Positions 11,701 to 22,229 of a stretch of 63,837 nucleotides of DNA are shown in pieces. Origin of the DNA: Lama guanicoe (lineage: Eukaryota); contig MU057102.1 in assembly GCA_013239625.1 (NCBI GenBank), positions 1,699,432 through 1,763,268 of the forward strand, written 5' to 3'. The notes below the pieces were generated by a model. That model saw only the letters and a program-made list of their open reading frames with translations, was not told where the DNA came from and did not search any database. Within the stretch, counting starts at the first letter, position 1. Every line of letters starts with the position of its first letter. The position numbers and the translations under genes were made by a program.

Positions 11701-13355
11701 GGGAATGAGCGTGCACAGTGGATGAGGCTGGACGAGCTTGGGGCCCCTCCTTTGTACACCAGGGAAATCCCCTGCATGGTGGCTCCCGGGCCAGCTGGGA
11801 GCAGTCAGTGCTCAAGGGCACCCTCTGTGGGATGTCAGCGCCCCCACTTCATCGATGGAGCCGGAGACTCGGAGCAAGGCAGCCGGCCCGTTTCCCTGCA
11901 GCAGGCAGGGTGATAAGCCAGGTTCTGTCTCTGTTGATCCAGCTGAAAAGAAAGTCTCTCCAGGCAGCAATTATGATCGAGTTGAGAACGTCTGTTGGCT
12001 GAATGGGATATTAAGTGCCGGGCGCTACGGTCCCAGCCACAGCCCTGGAAGGTGCAGTGCTCGGCATTCGGGAAGGAAAAGGAGGAGGGTTCGTTGACAT
12101 TCTTCCGTGGGCTGTGTTCCAGGCTACGTGCTCCTGCTGGACACTCCGAGTTCAGTCCCCAAGAGCCCCCAGGGGGGGTGGGGGCAGTGTCATTAACCCA
12201 CTGCACTGAGACAGCAATACCAGTGTTGGTCAGGCTCTCTCCGAGGGAAGGCTAGCATCACGGGCCCCCCATTCGGCTGGCAAGTTGGACCGGAGACTAC
12301 AAGCCTGGCAGGGCCTGAAGCTTCAGCTCCCACTCCACTTCACAGGAGGGGTACTGAGGCCCAGAGAGGGCCAAGGTGCATCTGAGTTAGCTCAGCAATC
12401 CTGCAACAGAGCCCACAACATGGACACATCTGCCCGGTGGTGGGGGGTCAGGGATGTTCCAGGTGGCCTTGGCTGGCCATTTTCTCAGCCCCTCTCCCCA
12501 CCAGGCCCCCTGTCTGGGAGAGCTCTTCCCAGTTGGAGTACCCTGAGGACATATGGCTTGAGGTGATGAGGCCAGGCAGCTACAGGCGGCTTCTCCAAGG
12601 GCAGCCCTGGTAAGTCAGAAGAGGAAAGGGACCTGCCCTGGCCCCTGATGCAGGAGACAGGGGCTGGAAAGGCAGGACCCAGGGCTGACTCCTCCCTGAG
12701 ACAGATCTGTGGCCACCGCAGACCGACGACAGATGAGTAGTGGCCCAGGAGAGAGACAGGCTGGCAGGCAGGGGCCGATGAGGGACAGTGCAGGCACGGG
12801 GGTGGGTGGTCACAGCACAGGTCCCCAGCACAAGCCCCTCCAGCCCACTAAGCGTGTGTGTGCGCGCCGCAGGGGCCCTGCTCCCACCCCTCCCCACCAG
12901 CCTTCCCAGGAGCTTCTGGGCTCTCTGCTGGGGCTGGAAGAGCGTGGGGGGAGACCCTCTCCCACACGTTACTCTCCCTCCTTCTAGCCACTCCTCCTCA
13001 AGCCTCCGTGTGGGGTGAGCAAGGGGGCAAGGCTGCGCTGCACCGGGGGAAACCTAGACTCAGAGGTGGGGGGAGAATTACGAAGGAGGGCAGTCCCCCA
13101 GGATCTAAATCTGGCGTCAGTTTGGGGTCTCCTGATTTCTTTCGCCTCTTGGCCAGTTACAGCACAAAAAGTTTGACTGCATATTTTGTATGTGAAACAG
13201 TTTTCAACAAAGACCCCATCCAAGAGGGGTTGAGTCTGGCAGCCCGGGGTGCCCTCCTCCCACACTCAGGGGAGGTCAGGTAGGGCGAGGGGCGGGCAGG
13301 TACCCCACCGGCGCTGACGGGCAGGCGACAGAGCCCGACACGTAGGTTACAAAGG

Positions 13356-13361
13356 TTTATT
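13356..13361 (-). terminator. ADRA2C polyadenylation signal AATAAA
   Basis: Plus strand TTTATT = AATAAA on minus, about 530 nt after the stop codon, in an AT-rich UTR end, followed on minus by GT-rich sequence (tacgtgtcgggctctgtc). Confidence 0.85.
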
Positions 13362-13891
13362 TAGAAAAGTTTGGTTGTGTTGGCTGTCAGTCGTTTTTGG
13401 CAAACATTTAAATACCTTCCGTAGTCAAAGGTTGTCAGTGCCCTTTTTCTTCTCCCTGGGAAGCTGCCCCACTGGTCCCCAGAAGTCAGCCCTTGCTCAG
13501 CGGTGGATGGGGTGGTGGCACATGTTGGGGGAGTGGGCAGGCTCCGTTCTCACACACCTGGGAGGATGCACACCACTGCGGTCCACGGCCCTGACCTCAC
13601 AGCCACACCCTGGCAGGACCCCGGAGTGGGACCCAGGCCTGGAGCCTCAGAAGCAGCCCCTTGCTGAGGCGAGAAGGCAGAGGGGTCTCCCCTTTCTCCT
13701 TCCCCCTCCCCAGGGACCGTGTGTTTCTCAGCCCTCGCTCCAGTCCTGCCGCACCCTCCCCTGCTCCCTGGAGGCCAATCCGTCCCTGGGTCTCTGGGAA
13801 AGCTGCTCCCACTTTCTCCTCGGGCGCCACACCTGCCCGCCCCCTCCGCCCGGAGCTGTCCAGGGTCTCGGCGCCAGGCAGGGTGCGCGGG

Positions 13892-15277
13892 TCACTGCCT
13901 GAAGCCCCTTCGCCTCCGTCGGAAGAGGATGTGTTTGAAAGAGCGCCGGAAGTCNNNNNNNNNNNNNNNNNNNNNNNNNNNNNNNNNNNNNNNNNNNNNN
14001 NNNNNNNNNNNNNNNNNNNNNNNNNNNNNNNNNNNNNNNNNNNNNNNNNNNNNNNNNNNNNNNNNNNNNNNNNNNNNNNNNNNNNNNNNNNNNNNNNNNN
14101 NNNNNNNNNNNNNNNNNNNNNNNNNNNNNNNNNNNNNNNNNNNNNNNNNNNNNNNNNNNNNNNNNNNNNNNNNNNNNNNNNNNNNNNNNNNNNNNNNNNN
14201 NNNNNNNNNNNNNNNNNNNNNNNNNNNNNNNNNNNNNNNNNNNNNNNNNNNNNNGCTGGGGCCTGGGGACCTCTCGGCCGCCAGCGCGCCCGGCTCGGCC
14301 CTCCCCGCCCCGGGCCCCGCCCCGTCAGCACCCGAGGCTCCCTCGCCGCCCGCGCGCCGCCGCCCGCCCCGCCGCAGCGCGCCCCGGCGCCGGCGCCTCT
14401 TGGCTGCCGCGCTACTGTCCTCCGGATCCACGTCGGCCCGTGGGCGGAGCGGGGGCGCGCAGTGCCCATTCTCGCCCGCACCTAAACCGTTCTCCGTGGT
14501 CGGGGACGCGCCGTCGGGGCCCGCGGGCTCGCGCTTCTCGCTAAGCGTGCGCGTGCGCAACTTGGCCACGCGGTAGATGCGTGCGTAGACCAGGCCCATG
14601 ATGAGGCAGGGGGCAAAGAAGGAGCCGATGCAGGAGGACAGGATGTACCAGGTCTCATCGTTTAGGCCACACTGCGGGTAAGCGGCGCCGTCGGGTTGGC
14701 NNNNNNNNNNNNNNNNNNNNNNNNNNNNNNNNNNNNNNNNNNNNNNNNNNNNNNNNNNNNNNNNNNNNNNNNNNNNNNNNNNNNNNNNNNNNNNNNNNNN
14801 NNNNNNNNNNNNNNNNNNNNNNNNNNNNNNNNNNNNNNNNNNNNNNNNNNNNNNNNNNNNNNNNNNNNNNNNNNNNNNNNNNNNNNNNNNNNNNNNNNNN
14901 NNNNNNNNNNNNNNNNNNNNNNNNNNNNNNNNNNNNNNNNNNNNNNNNNNNNNNNNNNNNNNNNNNNNNNNNNNNNNNNNNNNNNNNNNNNNNNNNNNNN
15001 NNNNNNNNNNNNNNNNNNNNNNNNNNNNNNNNGCTCGGCTGGTCAGCACGGCGATCACCACCAGCACGTTGCCCACCACGGTAAAGACGATGAGGAAGCC
15101 CACCAGGGCAGCCAGCCCCGCCACGGCAGCCGCCGAGTACTGGCCCGGGGGCGGCCCCCAGGCGGCCCCCGAGGCGTTGGCGGCCCCGCCGCTGCCCCCC
15201 TCGCCGGCGCTGCTCGCGTTGTGACCCGCCGCCGCCGCCGCCGCCGCCAGCGCCGCCGCCAGCGCCGGGGACGCCAT
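13892..15277 (-). CDS. ADRA2C: Alpha-2C adrenergic receptor (class A GPCR), single-exon CDS, 461 aa; partly masked by Ns
   Basis: ATG at 15277 (GGACCATGG context) to TGA at 13892 = 1386 nt. Recognisable segments: [23 protein letters not shown]-terminus, TM1 [24 protein letters not shown]5 [36 protein letters not shown], Gly/Arg-rich ICL3, and C-tail [20 protein letters not shown] lacking the palmitoylated Cys (alpha-2C hallmark). NAS glycosylation sequons at N20 and N34. Confidence 0.98.
   Translation of the reverse strand: MASPALAAALAAAAAAAGHNASSAGEGGSGGAANASGAAWGPPPGQYSAAAVAGLAALVGFLIVFTVVGNVLVVIAVLTSRXXXXXXXXXXXXXXXXXXXXXXXXXXXXXXXXXXXXXXXXXXXXXXXXXXXXXXXXXXXXXXXXXXXXXXXXXXXXXXXXXXXXXXXXXXXXXXXXXXXXXXXXXXXXXXXXQPDGAAYPQCGLNDETWYILSSCIGSFFAPCLIMGLVYARIYRVAKLRTRTLSEKREPAGPDGASPTTENGLGAGENGHCAPPLRPRADVDPEDSSAAAKRRRRRGALRRGGRRRAGGEGASGADGAGPGAGRAEPGALAAERSPGPSXXXXXXXXXXXXXXXXXXXXXXXXXXXXXXXXXXXXXXXXXXXXXXXXXXXXXXXXXXXXXXXXXXXXXXXXXXXXXXXXXXXXXXXXXXXXXXXXXXXXDFRRSFKHILFRRRRRGFRQ
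13955..14254. other. N-block (300 nt) inside ADRA2C covering the end of ICL3 and TM6-TM7
   Basis: Run of Ns; exactly 100 codons between ...SPGPS and DFRR... Confidence 0.97.
14701..15032. other. N-block (332 nt) inside ADRA2C covering TM2-TM4
   Basis: Run of Ns; with 2 visible nt on each side it spans 112 codons and keeps the frame. Confidence 0.97.
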
Positions 15278-15291
15278 GGTCCTCCCGCAAG

Positions 15292-15744
15292 CTACGCGGT
15301 CCCGCCTGGAGCCGGGGCGCAGCCGCGGCAGCTTGGGCGCCCCGCAGCCCGGGTCGGCGCCCGCATCGTCGCCTGTTCGGGCGCGCCCGCCAGGGACCGC
15401 GGCGCCCAACAGCCGGCCCTCGGCCGTGGTGGCTTGGCGGGCGAGCGGCGCGCCGGAGAGCGTGGCTGCCGGGCTCTCCGCCGCTGCCGCACGCGTAAGT
15501 GCAGAGCAGGAGGCACCCGAAGCGAGCGGCGACGCGGCGGCGGCGGCGGCGGCGGGAAGCACCAACACTGGCACCGACGCCCTTCGGACAGTGATGCCCC
15601 GTCTCGGGACGCGTCCCAGGAGCAAGTCCAACAACGGCGAGTGTCTTGGCAGCACAGCGGGGGCTCTGAGCACTGCAAGGACTCACGGGGTGTCCCTGGG
15701 GTCACAGAGGCAGTTATAAAATGCTGCTGCCCCGTGGTCACCAT
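15292..15744 (-). other. Long upstream ORF (150 aa) in the putative ADRA2C 5' leader
   Basis: GCCACCATGG start at 15744; TAG at 15294-15292; in-frame internal ATG at 15366. Confidence 0.5.
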
Positions 15745-16139
15745 GGTGGCCAACGGGCATCTAAAGAGACCTCAGGTGACACTGGACCCTGAGGGAGGCT
15801 CGTGGGAGAAGGCTGCAGGCGGCGGCGGCCCGGGCGCTCCGCCTCCCATCCGGCCGGCTAGGGCTCGGCGGGCCGCCGTTCCTTTGGGCCCCCGCGCCCG
15901 CACGCCGCCTCCGGCTCCAACTTTACTTTCCCGGGCAGGGCGCCGGCGCCGCCGCCGCCGCGCGTCCTCCTGCTCCTCCTCCTGCTGCTCCAGGCAGGGC
16001 GCCCCCCGCGGTCTTCGCTCGTTCGTGCGGGCGCCGCCTCGCCTGCCTTGGCTCGCTGGAGCTCCGCTGCCGCCGCCGCCGCCTCTTCCTCCGCCGCCGC
16101 CGCCGCCACCGGGCGCTCGGCGCGAGTGTCGCCGCCCGG

Positions 16140-16530
16140 GCTCGGCTTTCAACTTGGGTAGAGTTGCGCAGCGGGGCGGGGCGCGGGTGGGCGGGGGCGG
16201 CCCGGCGAGCAGGCCAGGGCCGCCGGCCCGGGTAGGGGGAGCGGGCCCGGGAGCCGGAGCCCGCGGCCGCCTCGGCGAACCTGCCTGCGCGGCGCCGGGG
16301 AGGAGCCCGGGGCGGTGGCGCGGGGCGCGCGCTCGGCGAGGGCGCCCCCTCCAGGGCCGCCTGCAGTCTGCGGGACGGGGCTGAGTGCCGACTGGCCTGG
16401 GCGGTGAGTTCCAGAAGCTTGCTCTAAGACGGGAGCTTCCTCGCCTCCCCCGGGCACACGCACCCGCGGGCGCGCACACTCGCGCGCAACACCGGCGGGC
16501 TCGGGGTCCGCGGCCTGATTGGAGAGCCAG
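16140..16530 (-). promoter_or_regulatory. ADRA2C proximal promoter: Sp/KLF GC boxes, CTCF-like site, CCAAT box
   Basis: GGGGCGGGGC and further GGGCGG boxes at 16173-16200; GGCCCTGGAGGGGGCGCC (minus, 16341-16358) resembles the CTCF core; ATTGG at 16518-16522 = CCAAT on minus. The TSS is inferred, not observed. Confidence 0.65.
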
Positions 16531-18984
16531 CCACTCGCAGCCTGGTGGAGGACGCGACGCTGCCTGGGTGCGCACGGGTGCTGCGGAGGGCCAGGGCCCG
16601 CTCTGGCTCCCATCTCTGGTCGGTGCTCCGGGGCAGAACCATCTCCCCACCCTCGGCCGCAGTTCCCTCCTCTGCCCGCTTCCAAGCGCTGCTGAAGCAT
16701 GAATCATGACGGCGGTGCCCGTGGAAGCCCTGGGCAGGCTCCCAAGCTCTGCACCCATGTTGGCAATATTTGAAGTTTAATTCTTATGCTCAGTGGCCCA
16801 GCTTGTAAAGAGTGGGGGATGTTTAACCTAACCGTTTCTGAAAAACGCCCCAAACTGAATTGCCCGGATGAGAGGCGGTTTTGCGTGGGTGCCTCGTTTC
16901 TGCTTAGGGGCGAGCTTCTGAGGTCACCCCCGCTTACCCGGGTCCCACGTCCCTGTGCATTCGTTCCGCAGATGCGCACTGCTGCTCCAGCCCCGTGTCA
17001 GGTGCTGGTCCCCACCTCCAGGCAGCCTGAGGTCTTCGGAAGACAGACCGTGGGAAGGAAGCTGGAGTTCCCAGGCGTGGCATTTCTCACTAGGATGAAC
17101 AGGAGCACCTTTTCTCCCAGCAGAGCAGAAACGCACCTAGGCCAGCGGGCAGCTCTCTGCCTGTAGGGGGGTGCGGTGGGGGTTGAGGCTGGGGGAGGGA
17201 GTGGGATGCCTCTGGGTAATAGGAGGGTGTCTCCGGGAAGGGTCAGAACTTCCCACCTCCCCGGGGACGCCTAGAAATGTGCCTGGCTTGAGGGCTGCGC
17301 CTCTCTTTCCTGAGCTCAGAGGCCTTCCCGGGAGAGCACACTATCTTAGCAGAGATGCCAACGTGGAGCTCCAGCACCCTTGTTAAGCAGTTACACTGAG
17401 GAAGAGGGTCTCAGGCTGGCGCTGGGCTGGAAATCAGACACTCCAGATGGCAGACCTGTCCAAGAAGGTTAAAGCTCCCAGGCCAGTCCTTGGCATTGAT
17501 GCCCTTTGGGGAGCAAAGCCATGACCGTATGTGACCCAGGGAAGGTAGAGGCACCATATTTGTGAAAGACCTCCCTGGTCCTGGAGGCCTAAGAGACCCC
17601 ACTGACTGGGGCACCTGGGGGAGCATTTTGCAGGGAAGACTCACACACAGCTGACCCTCCCTCGTTGGCACACGCTGGCCTTGTCTGTATCAGGCCTCCT
17701 ACCTGAGTGCTTGTTGTCTGGGGCAGATGGTGTCACACACTGAGATGGGGGCAGTGAATGTCATCAGAGCCCTGCAGCTCCTCCCCTCCAAGCCTGGCAG
17801 TGGGGTTGTCAAAGAAGGCTTCTTAGAGGAGGTGACCTCTGAGCTGCATTTGAAGAGTGACAGAAGTTTTTAGGAAGTGAGAGGCCCCTGTTGGTTGTGC
17901 TCCCTGGGGTGGGGGTGGACTTGTCCTGGAGGCATGGGGAGCCAGAGGAAGACCCAAAACCGGGATGTGGCGGTGGTCGGATGTAGATTTTTGAGAGATC
18001 TGGCTCTCCCAGCAGCTGCACAGCCATGTGGGTCTCCTCCTGACCACAAGGGGTTTTCATCTTTTGAGGAGCACTTTGGGGGGATGCATCCAGCGTCCTG
18101 GCTCCACTCAACACTTCATGTGTTCACAAGCAAGGCCAGCCAGCATGAGGGATTTGGAAGAAAAGGACCCAGAGGTCCTGGGGGCCCAATGCACACAGGA
18201 CGTCCCACTGCCCAGGCCGCAGCTCTTCAGCCAGGCCAGGCAGGAGACATCTAGAGCGCCTGGCGGGCCAAGTGACTCAGGCCCCTGGGGATGTTTGGCC
18301 CGCCTTTTGACCTCAGGCAGCAGGCATCACACTGCCGGCATAACCCAGGAGGAGGAAGAGCCTCTCCCGTGGGTCCTGGGCCCAGAGCTGAGGGCGGCGG
18401 AGGGCTGGGTCCCTGCGGAGTCCTTGGGATAGAGAGCCCGGGCTTCAAGGCGCACTGAATGTTGTCCTGCTTGTGTGCACCAGAGGCCGCAGGGATGGAG
18501 CTGTTTGTAAAGAGCTGGAGAGGCCTCTCACCCCAACACTGAAAATTAAGCTTGACAAACTGCTCCCAACTGTCCTGTAACAGGCAGAACAGCACGCGCC
18601 CGGAAAGACTGCCTAGCGGGTGAGCCGCTGACAGCCAGGCCTGGCTCGGCGGGACCAGGAGGGGTGACGGGAGGGCACTGTGGGGAGCCAGGTGGTCCTG
18701 ATGGGGGATGCGGGCATGGAGGAGGGGTGGGGCGTCTCAGAAGGGAAGCCACGTGGAAGCAGAGCATCCTGAGGCTGCCGAGGTGTACTTGCCGTCATCC
18801 CACCCACAATGAGCAGGGTCCAGAGGGAAAGCTTGGTCCAGCCAGGGCCACAACCACAGGCCGTTGGGTCCTAGGACCCCTGTCATGAGGAGGAATTTGG
18901 GTGCACACCTGCTGGGCAAGGTGCTCTGTGCTCCACCAGTGGCCTCAGCTCAGGTAGATGGTTGCCTGTCTCTTTGAACCAGCT

Positions 18985-19420
18985 CCCTGCATACACAAGC
19001 ATGCGTGCACATGCACACGAATCCATACATGCACACACACATCCATGTACACACATATCCGTGTGCCTCTATGCCTGCACACTCATCCGCACACAGACAT
19101 CCACAAATCTGTACTGTTCGGGCACACGCCCACATACATGACACAGCACATGCACACGAGTACCATCTGTACACAGGATGTGTGTGCATGCACGTGTGTG
19201 CACCTGCAAGCAGACACGTGTGCACACCCCACACGCTATGCACATGCATGTATCTGCCCACATATACTAAGCACTCACACACCCATACATATGCATACAA
19301 TCACACACACAGGCTATGTGCACACGTGTGTGAGTCTGTGTGCACACCTCACTTCTGCATGTCGCTGCACACACCCACTCGTGCACCCGCACGCATGCAC
19401 ACACCCACACATGCGCACGT
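18985..19420. repeat. Degenerate (CA/TG)-rich low-complexity tract
   Basis: About 430 bp of cacacat/gcacac repeats; produces spurious His/Thr/Cys ORFs. Confidence 0.9.
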
Positions 19421-21667
19421 GCCTGGGGCCACGCTCAGCCTCCCAGGCTGCAGGGAGGTGGGGTTTCTGCCAGCCCATGGTGGGCAGCTCTTCCCAGGTT
19501 TCAGGCTGGGTTCTGCCTTGGCCTGCTCACCTCCACTGGGTCTCCTGTGTGCCCCTCAGGGTGGGCCGTCACTGGACCATGTCTCTGTCTGCAGTGGGCT
19601 CTTGTGGACAAGCCATTTCTTTGTCCCATTGTCTGGTGCGGGCCTGGCTCACAGCTCACAGTAGGGGCTCAGTCAAAGTGTGGTGGAGGGATGGGTGGCT
19701 GGGAACCCTGCGAAGGGTTCCATCCTCCCCAGCTACGCTGATGCCAGCAGTGTAGCCGGTGCAGGGGGGGCCCGGCAGAGCATGGCGGTGCCTGAATGAG
19801 CCACTCTTGCTAGACCCAGCATCCCCACCCAGCATCCTCTTTTGCTTCTATTCTGTGGAGGTTGTGGACTTAAACTCCCACTTATTCCCTTACTTGCCAT
19901 CTGGCAGCCTGAGAACCTCCTGCCTCCCTGGGCCTCAGTTTTCCCATCTGTCAAGTGGGGCTATTGACTAGATTGTTCTAAGATCTGTGCTGGCTTTGCC
20001 CCCCCTTGGCTTGGAGCTCCTGGAGCTGAGCTTCATGTCCACCTGCTGTCTTTGCCCTCAGTCTGTCCCTGGAGAGGGGGAAGGGCCTGGAGTCCCAGGA
20101 AGAGCCCTCCACTTGGTTGGCTGGTGTGGGAACAGAGGTGGGCAGGCCTGGCTTGCCAGACTCCATACCAAGGGACTTGTTTTCTCAGCTGGGCTGAAGG
20201 TATTTTTTTTCCTGAAATTTATTTGAAATTTCATTTTTAAAGATGGGGCAGGGAAAAATGAGGCTTGCTCCTCTCCCTCCCCCTGTGCCCCAAAGACTTC
20301 TAGAACCACTGTGTCTTGCCAGAGTGTGGCTGGGACCCACCGGCCCAGGCCTGGCTCTCCTGGACTAACCTGCAGACTGAATCCATTGCAATATTGATCA
20401 CATTGATGGGTTTGCACAGCTGAGTTCTTCCAGAGCTGCCAGAAGTCCCTCTGGGGAAAGCAGGGCTTGGGGGATGGTCCTGGACTGGCAGTGACTGTAG
20501 TGGGTTAAAGCAGTGGGCCTTGTTGAGCACCAGCTGCGAACCCCGCTCAGCCCAGGGCCCTCTGGGGTTCAAGCTTGTACCCCCCCTCCGCCTGTCCCGG
20601 CTGCCTTCTCAGGGGTCCCCTCTGCCTACCAGCTCTGGGCCTGACTGGTCCTCCCTCAGGGGCTTGCTGCTTCCCAGATGCCTGAGCCTGGCGTTTGAGG
20701 CCCCTCGGGGCCTGGCCTTGACCTGGACTCTGGGCTCGGGCTGACCAGGTGTCCCCACATGACCTCAGGAAGCCGCCTTCACCTTCCGAGCCAGCATGGC
20801 CTGTGGATGGGGATAACGGAGCCCATTCTGTATGGCAGATGTGCAGGTTCTCCAGGATGATGTGTGCAGAACTCGTAGCCTGGGGTGTCCAGACGTGCTT
20901 CTGCCTCCGTTGTCACCCCCTGGGCCTGGAACGCCTGCTCCTGCCTCTGCCTGTCACCCACCTGAGCAGGTGGGAGGCTCGGCTCCATGCCCCTCCATGC
21001 CAGGCTCATCCTCAGAACCCCACACAGGGTTCCATGGCCCCAGGCAGCCATGTGGCGTCTCCTGGAGTCACTTCCCTGAGAAGTGTCACCTTACAGCTTC
21101 TCCTCTGGTCACCCGCCGGCCCTTGGCACCCCTGCCCATCAGCAGTGCTCATGGAAGCTACCATTAGGCCAGGTCCTGTCCTTCACAGTCCGTGGGTGGT
21201 GGGCCCGCCTCACTCTTTGCGTCCCTTCCGGGTGTGTGCTGTGTGGTTGTCCCATCCTGTAGATGCGGGTGGAGGCCTGGGTTGCTGAAGATCCCATGTG
21301 GGTACGAGCCCAGGCCAGCGTGGTCCCCTGTCCCACTGTCATCATGCTGCCTCCCGTCTCCTCCCGGTAACGTGAGGACTCAGTTTTCATCCGGCAGACA
21401 TCTGGGGGGCACCTCCTCTGTGCTGAGTGTGGGCAGTGCCTGGCACCACTCAGGCCCAGCCGAGGGTGTGAGGCCCAGTCCCTGACCTCCGGGGAGATGC
21501 CAGGAGATGGAAGAAGGGGCTTCTGACCTGCTCGGTGGCTCAGGGAGAACTTTCTAGAAGGAGTAGGGGCTCTGCTCAGACTGGAGGGTAAGGAGGCAGC
21601 AGCCTGTCCAAAAGGTTCCACACCAGCCATGTGCCCAGTGGCCAGCACTCACCTCCTCCTTGCCCCC

Positions 21668-22209
21668 TGCAGTAGGGGAGACTCTCAGGTGGCCCCCAGT
21701 TTCCAGGCCCTTGGATAGCCCCTCCTCCTGAGTCTGAATACTGTGGGGGCATCACTGCCCTGACAAAGCCCCTAACCAGTTGGCTTTGAGTTAATCAAAG
21801 GAGATTATCCAGGGTGGGCCTGACCCGATCAGGTGACCCTTTAGAAGGCGATGAAGCATCAGAAGTGCCTTCCTGCTGGCCATGAAAATGCAGCATTGAT
21901 GTGAGTGGCAGCTGCAGGGGAAGGACCTGAATGTGGTCTTTAGGAGTGGCGAGTGGTCCCTGGCTTCAGCCACACAGCCTCAGGGAACTGAATGCTACTG
22001 ACAGCTGTGTGAGCCTAGAGGGGGTCCCTGGGCCTCAGATGAGAACATGGCCTCAGCTGACACCTTCATTTCAGCCTCCACACCATGAGTATAGGGGTCA
22101 GTTCACCTGCACAGGACTCCTGGTCCATGGAAACTGAGATAGTAAATGTGTGTTGTTTTATGCTGGTAAAGTTGTGGTACTTTGTTATGCAGCCTAGGTG
22201 ACTGATACA
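21668..22209 (+). mobile_element. MaLR LTR (MLT1E/F-like)
   Basis: aaggagattatccagggtgggcctgac...gaaactgagatagtaaatgtgtgttgtttt...ttgttatgcagc...actgataca. Confidence 0.8.
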
Positions 22210-22229
22210 CCTGCATACCTGGTTTGTTC

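Larger units (their letters stand above)
14255..16720. promoter_or_regulatory. CpG island spanning ADRA2C CDS, 5' leader and promoter
   Basis: Very high GC content with dense CpG and GCC/CGG runs throughout. Confidence 0.92.

Noticed and set aside
13892-15277. ADRA2C as a pseudogene
   Set aside because: No stops or frameshifts in the visible sequence, and both N-blocks preserve the frame.
15278-15673. 593-aa ORF as the annotated receptor
   Set aside because: It starts at a GTG; the known alpha-2C N-terminus MASPAL begins at the ATG at 15277.
15466-15686. Possible 5' UTR intron (GTGAGT donor at 15686, CTTAC branch-like site near 15496)
   Set aside because: The nearest AG is only about 12 nt from the branch point and there is no polypyrimidine tract before later AGs. 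It needs RNA evidence.
14696-16384. 562-aa plus-strand ORF and other antisense frames over ADRA2C
   Set aside because: Their length is inflated by Ns and by stop-codon scarcity in a CpG island; they are shadows of the real gene.
18950-19755. His/Cys/Thr-rich ORFs resembling metal-binding proteins
   Set aside because: They are translations of a degenerate CA/TG repeat.
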